Shown here: piece after piece, positions 49,861 through 62,539 of the stretch
Layout: each line of letters opens with the position of its first letter
Numbering within the stretch: the stretch's first letter is position 1
From: Octopus sinensis
Taxonomy: Eukaryota
Direction: 5' to 3'
Length of the DNA stretch: 64,000 nt
Assembly: GCF_006345805.1 (NCBI RefSeq)
Contig: NC_043010.1
Coordinates: 12,586,001-12,650,000, forward strand
The notes under the pieces: generated by a model
Database searches by the model: none
Told to the model about the DNA's origin: nothing
The model's input: only the letters and a program-made list of their open reading frames with translations
Position numbers and translations under genes: made by a program

Positions 49861-50052
49861 TCACATCTGTATGTGTGTGTGTGTGTATGTATATGTATGT
49901 GTTTGTGTGTAGCCTGGTCTGACATCATGGTTGTAAATGAGCATCACCACCATACAAGCCACAAAAAAATCGTGTTTTTTTTTTACGTGTCACCTGCACA
50001 TATGTATGTATGTATGTATGTATATATATATTTATATATATATATATACATA

Positions 50053-50461
50053 TTGGGTCATCCCATAAGTAATGTGGTTTCTTCAATTGCATGAGCTAAA
50101 AGTCAGAGGAAGAATGGGATAAACTACCTGCATCAACTTGCTATAAAATCAGGCAGTAATTTTATCTTGTACTTATTCTTAGTGCAAATTTTGAAGAGTG
50201 CAGTTGGATTTTAGCAGTTAATTTTTCAAAGCTATAATGGAAGTGGCAAAGGAACATATTCGGCATGTTTTGCTTTATGAGTTCAATAAAGGCAACAGAG
50301 CAACAAAAATTGTAAGGAATATTAATGCAGTATATGGGGATCAGGCACTAAGTGTAAGCCAGTGTCAACGGTGGTTCCAGAGACACAGCCCAGAAGGTGA
50401 GCCTCACCCTGGAAAATCCGTGGAGCTCAATAAGGACAGTCTGCAAATCATGGTAGAGGAG
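50053..50461 (+). mobile_element. Mariner element 5' end: TIR plus transposase HTH N-terminus, 3'-truncated
   Basis: TA|ttgggtcatcccataagtaatg TIR-like start; ORF from 50237 MEVAKEHIRHVLLYEFNKGN...VYGDQALSVSQCQRWF...EPHPGKSVEL resembles Mos1/Hsmar1-type N-termini; no catalytic domain. Confidence 0.88.
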
Positions 50462-51516
50462 GGGAGGAGGAGGAGGAGGAGGAGGAGGAGGAGGCGGTGG
50501 AGGTGGTGGATGGGGGAGGAGGAGGAGGAGTGTGGTGGTGGAGGAGGGGGGAGGGAGGGAGGATGGTGGGGCAGGACAAACGAGGAGGGGGGAGGAGGAG
50601 AGAAGAAGGAGGATGGAGAGGAGACACAGAAAAGGGAGAAGAATAGGAGGAGACACGGGAGGGCGTGGAGGAGGAGAGGAGGAGGTCGGAGGGGGAGGAG
50701 TTGGGGTTGGGAGGAGAAGAGAAGAAGAGGAGGCAGGGGGGTGAGGGGGAGGGGAGGGAGGAGGGAGAAGGGGAGGGGAAGAAGGAGGGTGGAAAGGGAG
50801 GAAGAAGAGGAAGAAGAAGATGGGAGGGGAGAAAGAAGGGAGGAAGAAGGGGAGGAAGAAGGGGAGGAAGAAGAGGAGGAAGAGGAAGAAGATGAGGAGG
50901 AAGAAGAGGAGGAAGAAGGAGAAGAAGAAGGGGAGGAAGAAGAGGAGGAAGAGGAAGAAGATGAGGAGGAGGAGGAGGAAAAGGAGGAAGAAGAGGAAGA
51001 AGAGGAGGAAGAGGAGGAGGAAGAGGAAGAGGAGGAGGAAGAGGAGGAAGAAGAGGAGGAGGAAGGAGGAAGAGGAGGAGAAGAGGAGGAAGGAGGAAGA
51101 GGAGGAGGAAGAGGAAGGGGAAGAGGAGGAAGAAGAGGAGGAAGTGGAGGAGGAAGAGGAAGAGGAAGGAGGAAGAGGAGGAAGAAGAGGAAGATGAAGG
51201 AGGAAGAGGAGGAGAAGAGGGAGGAGGAAGAGGAGGGGGGAGGAAGAGGAGGAGGAGGAGGAGGAGGAAGGAGGAAGAGGAGGGGAGGAAGAGGAAGAGT
51301 AGGAAGAGGAGGGGGAGGAAGAGGAAGAGGAAGGAGGAGGAGGAAGAGGAAGGAGGAAGAGGAGTGGGAAGGAGGAAGAGGAAGGAGGAAGAGGAGGAAG
51401 AGGAGTGGGAAGGAGGAAGAGGAGGAAGAAGAGGAGGAAGAAGAGGAGGAAGAGGGGGAAGAGGAGGAGGAAGTGGAAGAGGAGGAGGAGGAATAGGAAG
51501 TGGAAGAGGAGGAGGA
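50456..51516 (+). repeat. ~1.06-kb polypurine (GAG/GAA/GGA)n tract
   Basis: Direct reading; almost pure G/A on the plus strand. Confidence 0.97.
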
Positions 51517-51970
51517 TGTTAAAGGATAGGGTTAGCAACACAATATATTAAATCATTTTATACATCTAAGACTGGGATTCACAGCTAAAAACACTGTAGC
51601 CGTAATTCCTGCCAAGAGATTTTCTATGAATTATCATCTGTCTGTCAACATGTTTTTTTAGTCTCAGCAGAAAACGATCACAAATTCCTGAATCTCCTTC
51701 ATTTGGATTATTCCAGAAACAATAATCTCGGAAACGAAAGAAATATTTCGATGAATAAAAGACTTTTATTTCAATTATTTATAAAAACAAAATCATTCTT
51801 AACTTACTGATACAGGATTTAGTTACTTAAACATTCATCCATTAACTATTCGCAGAAATAGATATCATTTATTATTTATCAATCTAAATATCTTTACAAA
51901 TATATTCTACAATTTTATTATATTTGAAGCCATAAAATATTTTATCACGAAGCTTTAAAATATTTTATAG

Positions 51971-52083
51971 TATCAATTCTATTTGGGTTAATTTCTATCA
52001 TACATCTGTGGATTACTGAAGTCGTAGCGTATTTGAGAAAAGTGGTTACTTTTGGCAATACAAGATATCTGCCTCTGAAAAAA
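51971..52083 (+). other. Candidate 113-nt coding exon of unknown gene
   Basis: tattttatag| acceptor, AAA|GTAAGT donor, one open frame (SILFGLISIIHLWITEVVAYLRKVVTFGNTRYLPLKK); no homology recognised. Confidence 0.3.
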
Positions 52084-52564
52084 GTAAGTAATGAAAAATG
52101 CTTAAATTATTTAGATGTACATTGAATTGCTTGCAGTTATAAGTATGTGCTGTATTGAGATGTAGAAATAAGAGAAAGAATTTGCCAAAGAAGCTGTCAC
52201 AAAAGAATTCTTAAACGTTTCTATGTAAAGTGGTTTGTCTATTAAAATACTTTATTGCTTATGTTTTTATATAACATTTGTGAACAATAACATCATTGGG
52301 TACAACTACCTAGTGGACCAAGTATTGGTTCGCTGCATTTATGCCAGTGATAGGGATAAGGAAGTGTCAGTGTAACTCACAGCAGAACAATTGTCACAAA
52401 GGATTTTGTTCAAGAAGCCCCAAAATTTTCAGGTTGCTCCCTGACGTTTACATCTTTTACTGATATTCATTAACAATATGTATGTGTGTGTGCGCGTGTG
52501 TGTGTGTTCATGTGTATGTGTGTGTATATGTGTGTCTGTAGAGTATATTTATATATATATATAT

Positions 52565-52830
52565 AAAATAGGTGAATGAATTATCCTATGTTTTCGTCAG
52601 CATGGAAAATTCGTTGAACCGAAACCTGGGTAGCAATTCACATCAGAAACACGGTTGAAGCGACCTGTCCAAGGTAGAAACTCTCCGGGTTCATGTGCAA
52701 GAAATTTGTGTGTTGTATATGAATAATGAAAGAATGGAGTCGAACGAAGATGTTAACAAAATTCCTACTTATGTCGAGAGTAAAGGAATTTTGTTAACAT
52801 TTCGTTCGACTCCATTCTTTCATTTAATTC
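52565..52830 (-). mobile_element. Palindromic PLE-like cassette, same family as 12527-12965
   Basis: Palindrome 52726-52823 (~41-bp core arms); body 52565-52725 is the reverse-complement homologue of 12793-12965; (TA)n flanks. Confidence 0.65.
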
Positions 52831-53094
52831 ATATATATATATATATATAATATATATATATGTATATATATATAGGGAAGTTTAATAAATGTTTATTATG
52901 AACAAAAAAATAATCATTATCCCTTACATTATCCTGTCTTCCAAATTCTACTCAAAAGGCATTGGTCAACTCAAAACTATGGTAGACTACACTTGTCCAA
53001 AGTGCCATGCAGAATCATCAAACCCAGAACCATTTGGTTCCTAACCACCAGAAATTGTTTCATGAAAAAATGTCCAAATGGTAAAGATTCACAT

Positions 53095-53300
53095 AACAAT
53101 TTCAAATTTTGGCACAAGACCAGCAATTCCAGGGGAGGGAGGGAATCAATTACATCGACCCCAGTGTTCAACTGGTACTTATTTTACCGACCTAGAGAAG
53201 ATGAAAGATAAAATTAACCTTGGTGGAATTTAAACCCAGAACGTAAAGATGAATGGAATGTTGCTAAGTATTTTGTCTGATATGCTAACATTTCTACCAG
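53095..53300 (-). mobile_element. SINE family B
   Basis: ttcaaattttggcacaagaccagc...gatgaaagataaaattaacc. Confidence 0.75.
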
Positions 53301-53529
53301 TTGGTGATGGCGTCATTGATTACATTGATCCCCCAGTATGAAAGCAAAGCTGACCTCAGCAGAATTTGAACTTCTTTTTTTTTTACCCTACCCCCAGAAG
53401 GTCTCAAAAACACACCCCGGATCCTATATGTGGAGCTGGGTCTCCCATAAACTAATGCTACTGAAATTGGGATGCATCCAATATGACTGCACACCTTTTA
53501 TGTCATTCAAAATGGTACTTCGCATAGTA

Positions 53530-53629
53530 NNNNNNNNNNNNNNNNNNNNNNNNNNNNNNNNNNNNNNNNNNNNNNNNNNNNNNNNNNNNNNNNNNNNNNN
53601 NNNNNNNNNNNNNNNNNNNNNNNNNNNNN
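53530..53629. other. Assembly gap (100 N)
   Basis: Direct reading. Confidence 1.
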
Positions 53630-53900
53630 ATCTGCCGTAAATGAATCATGCAGGAAAATGGCAGTTCCACCCTTCCTCCTGCCGATACGATCCGCGCGGA
53701 TGGTTGTGAAATTCTTCACTCTCACTTTGGCTTCCAAGTGGAGTTGTCAAGGTGGGTCTCAGTGAGAATGAAGAAAGGGATGTGGTGTGAATGGTTACCA
53801 ACCCAGTCTTCAATGATTGGACCTTCCATTTTTCTGCATTGATGGAAGGGCTGACACCTTGTGCATTGAGTAGGAATGAGGTGTGTAGTGGCTGGTGTTT
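53630..53900 (-). pseudogene. CR1/L2-type LINE apurinic endonuclease (APE) fragment, frameshifted
   Basis: Across two frameshifts: LLNAQG...KVQSL / EDW...[13 protein letters not shown] / [28 protein letters not shown], matching the APE motifs N, xTETxL and RxDRxxRxGGGVxxY; runs into the gap. Confidence 0.8.
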
Positions 53901-54161
53901 TGACTGTTGCGAGGGGCGGGATTTTTTGTGTGTGTTAGTGGCAGCAATGTGGGGAATTGGTGCACTGGGGTAATAGCATATATATATAATATTATATATA
54001 TATACATATATATATATATATACATACATATGTATATATATATAATACATATATATATATAATATAACATATATATATATATATACATACATATGTATAT
54101 ATATACATACATATAGATATATATATAATAATATATATATACATATATATATAATATATGC

Positions 54162-54196
<35 letters not shown>

Positions 54197-55249
54197 GTAC
54201 ATACATATATATATATATAACATACATATATATATATATACATATATATATATACATACATATATATATGATATATACAACATAATATATATTATATATT
54301 ATAGATACATAATATATACACACATTATATAGCATGTAATACAATGGGTTTGTTTCAGTTTCAATCTACCAAATCCATTCATAAGGTTCTGCTCAAAGAC
54401 TCTTGCCCATATTGCCTTGCAGCAGGACTGAACCTGGAACCATGAGGCTGGGAAGCAAACTTCTAAACCACACAACTATACCTGCCACCTATCTAGTTCG
54501 CTATTTCATTTCTACTTTATTTATTATGGCAAGGTCCCAAACAGTTTATATGCTTTTAAGATCTTATCAGAACAAAGACTTAGCTATTTGTTAAGAATAG
54601 CATAGAAAAATGAGTTTATTAATCAGATAGCTGTCTTCAATATCCCCATTTTATGACGTGTGACATTCCACTTTTCAAACCATTTCCCATATTTAATTGT
54701 TATAGCAAGATAAGCATATTTCATGTCAGCCACAAGAAACAATCAACAATAACAAAAATCACTGAACAATTTCACAATGGACTTGGGAGCAAAGCCAAAA
54801 AAAACTGAGGGACAATATCATTGCATTCTATACAGCAACAGCATAAACCAAATACACACATATATATACGTATATAATATAAATTACCGACTAAATAAAG
54901 TAACAGAATTTGTTTTGTTTTTTTTTGTGTGTGTTTTTTTGTTTTGTTTTATTTTTTTTATTTTGTTATCCGTTATATATATTCAATTTGGTATAAAGTT
55001 ATCGCGTATTTGGTAAAATTAATTTCGATTTCTTTTGACGGGGTCACTATGAAATTGGTGATTAGTCAAAGTTATAAAGTTATTGCTTTTATTGACCCCA
55101 GCAGAGGAGAGGATTTTGAAAGGATTCGAACCCGAGGGAATAGTAGTAGGAGAAAAGCTAAATGGAATAAACTAGAATCTTCTACAGAATCTATTCAAAT
55201 CTATAAACAAGTGTTTTAGCATCTTTTAACTTTCATCCTTAATTGCTTA

Positions 55250-55590
55250 CCTTTTACCTGTTTGTATCAGTCACTAGAATGCGACCATGCTGGGGCACCA
55301 CCTTGAAGGATTTTTAGTCTAATGAGTCGACCCTGGTAATTATTTCTGAACCTGGTACTTATTTTATTTGTCTGTGTTGCCAAACCGCTAAGTTACAGGG
55401 ACATAAATAAACCAGTACCAATTGTCAAGCAGTGGTGAGGCAGTGGGGGAGGGGACAAACACAAAGACAATGACACATACACACACACATATACACATAT
55501 ATATATGGTTTCAGGTTCCGTCTCACAGCATGGTACCTTGGGCAGGTGTCTTTGTCTAAAGCCTGGGCTAACCAAAGCTTTGTGAGTGGA
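55250..55590 (-). mobile_element. Diverged SINE A pieces
   Basis: Tail and body homology, with a short plus-strand head fragment at ~55508-55590. Confidence 0.6.
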
Positions 55591-56159
55591 TTTCATAAAC
55601 AGAAAACCCCAAAATCCCTTTGTATATAAATGTGTGTGTGTGTTTATATATATATATATGTATACATGTGTGTATATGTGTGTATGTGTGTGTATGTGAA
55701 AGTATACATGTATATGTGTGTATCTATATATATATGTGCTTATGTGTGTGTGGGTCTATACATATGTGTATGTGTGTGTGAATGTATACATGTGTATGTG
55801 TGTGCATCTATATATGTGTGTATGTGTGTATGTGATGTATACATGTTTATATGTGTCTATATATGTGTGTGTGTGTGTGTGTGTGTGAATGCATACGTGT
55901 GTGCATGTGTGTGTGTGTGTATTTTACTGTAAAACAATCATCTCCGTCATGCAAACAGTGTCCCTCATTTTCCAATCTTCCTCGAAACATGTCTGGTCAT
56001 GGGGAAATAATATTCACATCACTTACGAACAAGTGAAAGGTGGTGACAAGACAAGCATCCAGCCATAGAAAATCTGCATCAGCAAATTCTGTCTGAACCA
56101 TTCAAGCATGGAAAAGTAAAACAGTAAAACAATGAAGATGACTACAATATATCTTTTAT

Positions 56160-56507
56160 ATTTTACTTGATTCAGTGGTTTGACTGCGGCCATGCTGGGG
56201 TACCACCTTGATGGATTTTAGTTGAACAAATCGACTTCAGAACTTATTTTTTAAAGCCAAGTACTTATTCTTTTGGTCTCTTTTGCTGAACTGTGATATA
56301 TATTTACTCTTTTACTTGTTTCAGTCATTTGACTGTGGCCATGCTGGAGCACCGCCTTTGGTCGAGCAAGTCGACCCCGGGACTTATTCTTTGTATGCCT
56401 AGTACTTATTCTATCGGTCTCTTTTGCTGAACCGCTAAGTGATGGGGACGTAAACACACCAGCATCGGTTGTCAAGCAATGCTAGAGGGACAAACACAGA
56501 CACACAA

Positions 56508-56544
<37 letters not shown>

Positions 56545-56710
56545 CATATATACGACAGGCTTCTTTCAGTTTCCGTCTACCAAATCCACTCACAAGGCAT
56601 TGGTCGGCCTGGGGCTATAGCAGAAGACACTTGCTCAAGATGCCATGCAGCGGGACTGAACCCTGAACCATGTGGTTGGTTAGCAAGCTACTTACCACAC
56701 AGCCACTCTT
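56160..56710 (-). mobile_element. SINE A tail fragment plus full SINE A (56303-56710)
   Basis: Family homology. Confidence 0.88.
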
Positions 56711-56726
56711 ATATATTTACCACGAT

Positions 56727-56912
56727 AGATCGCTAGCCACTAAATATTTTTCTATTTTCTCTCCCTGTTTATTTCTGTGTTCCTTTCTGTGGAAGAGCGT
56801 AGGCTCGAAATGTTAAAGACTTTTCCACTTCCTGAGCTTTAAACTAATACATCTGTTTGTTGTTTATACACCCATCTTTTGTTTTTTTATTTTTTTGTAA
56901 ATTCTCTCTCTA
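56727..56912 (+). mobile_element. PLE-like terminus with variant hammerhead (second copy)
   Basis: CTTT-CTGTGGA(56787)-A-GAGC gtag GCTC-GAAATGTT-AAAG; homologous to 45790-46012. Confidence 0.6.
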
Positions 56913-56929
56913 TATATATATGTGGATCT

Positions 56930-57804
56930 AAACAGTTTGATTCAAATTCATTGATACTCCAAGTTTCAGGTGTGATGCTAATCTTCAGCCACTTTGAATT
57001 TGAATGAGAGAAGTTAATTGTTAATACCATAAGGTGGGCTGCGATTGGTTGAGGAAGGTCACATGGTGTCATGGTTTAATGTTGATATATCAGCATCAAC
57101 AGTTACTTGGAAAATACTGTATGTGGTATTGGAAATCGACCACATGGAGGACAGGAAATCGACCATGTGGTGGACAGGAAATCGGTCACATTGTTGGAGG
57201 GGAAGTAGGAAGGGGCAATATGTGCAAGTATATAGTTGTATATGTGAGTGTGTGTACATGCTTCATATGGTTTTGTGTGCATGTCTATATTGATGCGAGC
57301 ATGTACATCTGTACATGGGCATGCATATGCCCATACACACGCACACATGTGAATGAACATGTGAGCATGCACACACACATGCATTCACATGCATGCACAC
57401 ATACACACACACACATACACACAAACACACACACACGTGTATTCATTTATATGTACATATGTATATATGCATACATGAACACACACTCACATATACAACT
57501 CTATACTTACACATACCAGCCCTTCTTACTTCCCCTCCAACAACGCAACCGATTTCCTGTCCACCACATGGTCAATTTCCTGTCCTCTATGCAGTCAATT
57601 TCCTGTTCCCCATGCAGTATTTTCCAAGTAACTGTTGCTGCTGATAAATCAACATCAAACCACGACACCACATGACCTTCCTCCACCAGTCACAGCCCAC
57701 TTTACAGTAATAACAATCAACTTCTCTCATTCAAATTCAAAATGGCTGAAGATTAGCATCATGCTTGAAACTCAGAGTACCAACGAATTTGAATCAAATT
57801 GTTT
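56930..57804. mobile_element. Foldback/MITE-like element with ~340-bp terminal inverted repeats
   Basis: 56930-~57265 is the reverse complement of ~57470-57804 (about 85% by eye); ~200-bp CA/TG spacer; each arm has about three ~20-bp ggacaggaaatcgacc subrepeats. Confidence 0.75.
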
Positions 57805-57892
57805 TCATGCATACATGTAACTCCCAATAAATTTGCCGAGTGCCCTTCTTTTGTTTGTTCACACACACACACGTGCATATATGTTCCATAGG

Positions 57893-58040
57893 TATAGGTG
57901 TGGCTGTGTGGTAAGAAGCTTGCTTTTTAACTACATGGTTCTGGGTTCAGTCCCACTGTATGGCACCTTGGTCAAGTGTTTTCTATTATAGCCCCAGGCC
58001 AACCGAAGCCTTGGGATTTGGTAGGCATAAACTGAAAGAA
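57893..58040 (+). mobile_element. SINE family A head
   Basis: ggtgtggctgtgtggtaagaag...gggttcagtccc. Confidence 0.8.
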
Positions 58041-58554
58041 TCTTGTCCTATATGTGTGTGTGTGTGTGTGTGTGCATACGTTTATTCCCCTCATATAGTT
58101 CCATAAAGTTTCTGCCCACAAATTTTCCACTCAAAGTATATGGTTAGCCCAAAGTTCTTGTGAAGACATTTGCCAAAGTTGCCACAAATCAGAATGAAAC
58201 CTGAAAGCCTGTAGCTGCAAAACAAACCTCTTGACCACACAGCCAGTTATACACCTCCTATTTATTAACCTTCATAATTCACTCAAAACATTTGAATTTC
58301 AAACTCCTCATGAACGAAATATAAAATAAGCTGAAAATTATTTTGCCTTTTTTACTCTGAAATTTTAGATCATATATGCATATGTGTATATCAGTATGTG
58401 TATATATGTATGTCTATGAGTACGTCAGTGTTTGTATGTCACTATATGTATGCCTATATGTGTGTCTATGTCTATATATTTATATATTTTTGTCTGTGTG
58501 CATATGTATGCATATGTCTATGTGTGTGCGTATTTTTCATGTCTGTATATGTGT

Positions 58555-58960
58555 TTGTTTATGTGTGTGTATATTTGTGTGTTTGAGTATGTCTATGTGT
58601 ATGTATATCTATATGTATATGTGAGTATATATATATGTTTATGTATGTGTGTGTGTGTGAATGTGTGTATGTGTTTGTGTACTTATGGCTCTGCACGTGA
58701 ATGTGTATATTCATGTGAGCATATATTTGTATGTTTGAGTGTGTACATATGTATGTTTATGTGTCTGTATATTTGTGTATTTGAGTATGTCTATGTGTAT
58801 GTATATTTATATGTATATGTGAGTATATATATATGTTTATGTATGTGTGTGTGTGTGAATGTGTGTATGTGTGTGTGTACTTATGGCTCTGCACGTGAAT
58901 GTGTATATTTATGTGAGCATATATTTGTATGTTTGAATGTGTACATATGTATGTTTATAT
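58555..58960. repeat. 198-bp tandem duplication within a TG/TA low-complexity tract
   Basis: acttatggctctgcacgtg at 58681 and 58879. Confidence 0.85.
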
Positions 58961-59804
58961 GTGTGTATATATTTTTATGTCTGCGTGTATATGTATATGT
59001 ATATGTCTATGCATATGTTTGTGCATGAGTATGTCTATAAGCGTGCGTTGCTCTATGCGTTGAAGGTGTCCTTTTTTCATTCATTCATTTATTTATTTAT
59101 TTATTTTCTCCCCCATTTTTATAACAATGCAGAATCTATAATCGATTCTGGCCCTTCACCATATTAATTTTCTGAAGTGTCACTGAAGAGCAGTCAAAAC
59201 CTTTCCTTGGTATATTGGAAATTAATGTTTTAAAGATGATATTCTAACATTTCCAACTTTCTTTACAAACTTGTTTAATTAATGATCTTCATTTTCCCTA
59301 ATTAGTTTCACTTATTTTCATTTGTCAATGTTGGCACCCTTAAGAAAACGTCTCTGGCAAGAAAAAAAAAAGTAAAAGAAAAAAAAAAGTAAAAGGAAAA
59401 AATCCATACTTTTCACAATTTTCACAATTCTTTGTAGAGAACATTGTTAGTGAATAACTCATTGATCACTTTCAGTGTCTCTCGCCTTCTTTGCAAACCA
59501 GAAGAGAGCAAGCTAATTCAGACTGCAGCTTTAACGAATTCCTTTCTTTCTGACATTAAACACCACTAATACAACAAAGTTTTTGATGAAATCCATCTTA
59601 TTAAAGTTGACATTAGCAAAATACTTGAGCAAATAAGATATATGAGTCCCCATATAAGTTCCTTGATTGTATTGTAACGGTTAATAAGAACTGACATTGG
59701 TCATTATACAGTAACATCAACAGAGAGCCTTTACATGGTCTTTTGACCAGCTAGAAACAGCAGCGAAATTGCTCTCATTCATTCTCAAAACACATAAAAA
59801 TAAA

Positions 59805-60098
59805 TCATCATCATCATTGTTCGACCGTGGTCGAGACAATGGAATTTACCATGCTACGCCAGACTTCACGGTCCATGATGGCATTATGGAGGTCCTGTTG
59901 CTGGATGCCTGTATCCCTGGAGATTACATCAGGGTAGGAGAGTGTGCGCCCTCTGGTATTGCGAGTAGATGGCTTCCAGAGGAGAAGAGTAGAAATTGCC
60001 TGGTTTTCAGCTCTACAACAATGTCCAGCAAACTGGACTCTTCTACCTTTCACAAGAGATGATACAGACGGTAGCTTCCCATATATTTGCATTTTGGT
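59805..60098 (-). mobile_element. 5'-truncated RTE-clade LINE 3' end
   Basis: QIYGKLPSVSSLVKGRRVQFAGHCCRAENQAISTLLLWKP...RGRTLSYPD...DREVWR matches the RTE ORF C-terminus (RRLxFAGH..R, RGR, DRxxWR); (ATG)n tail. Confidence 0.88.
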
Positions 60099-60558
60099 TT
60101 CCTGGTTTCTATGGCGTATGTGTTCCCTAGTTGGATGGGACGCCAGTCCATCGCAGCGTTACTCCTTTTTGCCAGCTGAGAGGACTGGAGCAACGTGAAA
60201 TGAAGTGTTTTGCTCAAGAACACAACGCATCACCTGGTCCAGGAATTGAAACCACAATCTTACAATCATGATGCTGACACTCTAACCACTAAGCCACGCC
60301 CCTCCACAAATGCGCCCTTTTAAAGCCTAGCCAGGCTCATGGGCCCAGTTTCCTGGTTTCTATGGCGTATGTGTTCCCCAGCTGGACGGGATGCCAGTGC
60401 ATCGCAGCGTTACTCCTTTTTGCCAGCTGAGTGGAGTGGAGCAATGTGAAATGAAGTGTTTTGCTCAAGAACACAACGCATCACCTGGTCCAGGAATCGA
60501 AACCACAATCTTACAATCATGATGCTGACACCCTAACCACTAAACCACGCACCTCCAC
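60098..60558 (-). mobile_element. Two tandem SINE C-related copies
   Basis: 60098-60305 (3'-truncated) and 60306-60558, near identical. Confidence 0.88.
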
Positions 60559-60580
60559 CCTCAAAACACATAGTACTATC

Positions 60581-60790
60581 TTAACCCTTAGACTTTCAGA
60601 TTGTACTGTCAAATGTAAAGCATATTCACATTGTTTTTGAATTAATCGTGCATTTTCTTATCTTGCAGCATCAAGATTTCCATGGTGTGATTGTTCATTT
60701 TTAGAATGGCATTGTAGGGTAAGTGTGAGAGGCTGGAGCTGGCCAGTTTGAACTTAAAACAGAGAGAATATTAGGACCAGATTTGGCCAA
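60581..60790 (+). mobile_element. TTAA-type MITE family B (3'-truncated)
   Basis: ttaacccttagactttcagatt...ctggccagtttgaac; homologous to 43902-44720. Confidence 0.6.
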
Positions 60791-60799
60791 AAATTTCCA

Positions 60800-60935
60800 G
60801 AGAGGAGTAAGACTAATAAGGTTATAGCTTCGCTGGGTTAGTTGCGGGTTGACACAAGTAGGAAAGAACATGGGCAGACAGGGAATTCCAGAGGGATTTG
60901 ATCAGGGGAGAAAGGACAGGCTGAAGTGGTGATCA
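60800..60935 (-). pseudogene. Degraded LINE ORF2 C-terminus
   Basis: Minus strand HFSLSFLP..SLWNSLSAHVL (frameshifted), resembling the SFxPRTxxLWNSLP motif. Confidence 0.35.
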
Positions 60936-60944
60936 CTAATCTTT

Positions 60945-61170
60945 TATTCTTTACTTGTTTCAGTGGTTAGACTGCAGCCATTGCTGGGATACTGCCTTGA
61001 AGGATTTAAGTCAAGCGAGTGACCCCTTCCCCCAATACTTACGGCTTTCTTAAAGCCTGATACTTATTCGAACAGTTTCTTTTGCTGAACCACTAAGTTA
61101 CAAGGACATAAACACACCAACACTGGTTGTCTAGCAGAGGTGAGACACAAACACAGACACAAAACACACG
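60945..61170 (-). mobile_element. SINE A tail
   Basis: Family homology. Confidence 0.7.
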
Positions 61171-61244
61171 CACACACGTGTATATATATATATGTATATA
61201 TATATATATAATATATATATATGTGTGTGTGTGTGTGTATATAC

Positions 61245-61348
<104 letters not shown>

Positions 61349-61359
61349 ATGTATATATC

Positions 61360-61852
61360 AAGGTGGAGAAGTGGCAGAATTGTTTGCACGCCAGGTGAAA
61401 TGCTTAGAGGTATTTCGTCTGTCGTTACGTTCTGAGCTCAAATTCCGTCAAGGTCGACTTTGACTTTCATCCTTTTGGGGTCGTTTAAATAAGTACTAGT
61501 TATGCTCTGGGGTCAGTGTAATCGACTTAATTCATTGTCTGTCCTTGTTTGTCTCCTCTATGTTTAGCCCCTAGTGGGCAATAAAGAAATATATATACAT
61601 ATATGGCACGTAAAAAGCACCATCCGTCCGTGGCCGTTTGCCAGCTCTGTCTGGCACCTGTGCGGGTGGTACGTAAAAAGCACCCACTACACTCACGGAG
61701 TGGTTGGTGTTAGGAAGGGAATCCAGCCGTAGAAACACTGCCAGATCAGACTGGGCCTGATGCAGCCTTCTGGCTTCACAGACCCCAGTTGAACCGTCCA
61801 ACCCATGCTAGCATGGAAAGCGGACGCTACACGATGATGATGATGATGATGA
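61360..61852 (+). mobile_element. SINE B (61360-61590) followed by SINE D (61603-61852)
   Basis: Family homology; (gat)n tail. Confidence 0.85.
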
Positions 61853-62539
61853 TATATATATATATATACACACACACATGCACACACACGTGCATGCATG
61901 CACACACACACACACACACATATCTCAGTTTGTGTGGATGGATGGAGTGAGCTTTGATGGTTTGAGGTGCTGGAATGAGAGAGGCAAGAGAGTTTATAAA
62001 TGACAGGAAAGCTTGGAAAGTGTTTGTGGACGGATGAGTGAATTCGATATTGCACAAAGGGGGTACAGAACCAGATTGATGCAGCAGCAGGGGGTAAACC
62101 AGCACATGCTGTAAGGCCCCACTGCTGATACTGGGGGGGGGGGTTTCTATACCTTGACCCGAGCATAGAACGGGGCTCACCTCCTTGAGCTACGAACATC
62201 AACATCAATGACAGCAACAACAACATCAACGACAACAGCAATAACAACAACAGCATCAATAGCAACAATAATGACAGCAACAACAAAGTAAATGTTTGCA
62301 ACATGGAGCTTAAGGCCAGCAATTCTGATATGAAGGGATCGTTTCACAACTAAAACAAAATCTACCCCCACATACAATTAATCCCATGAAATGCCGTTGC
62401 CTACCAACATTGCACGTTTTCATCTGTAACTAAATCACTACTAATTTCCAATGGTTCTCTTTACTAACTACAAACCCTTATGCTAGTTATGAATCATATT
62501 GATATAGATATACAGGGTGATTGAAAAGTAACTTTCTCT

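Noticed and set aside
50348-51541. 397-aa Leu/Ser/Pro/Phe ORF on the minus strand
   Set aside because: Polypyrimidine strand of the GA tract; stops are impossible by composition.
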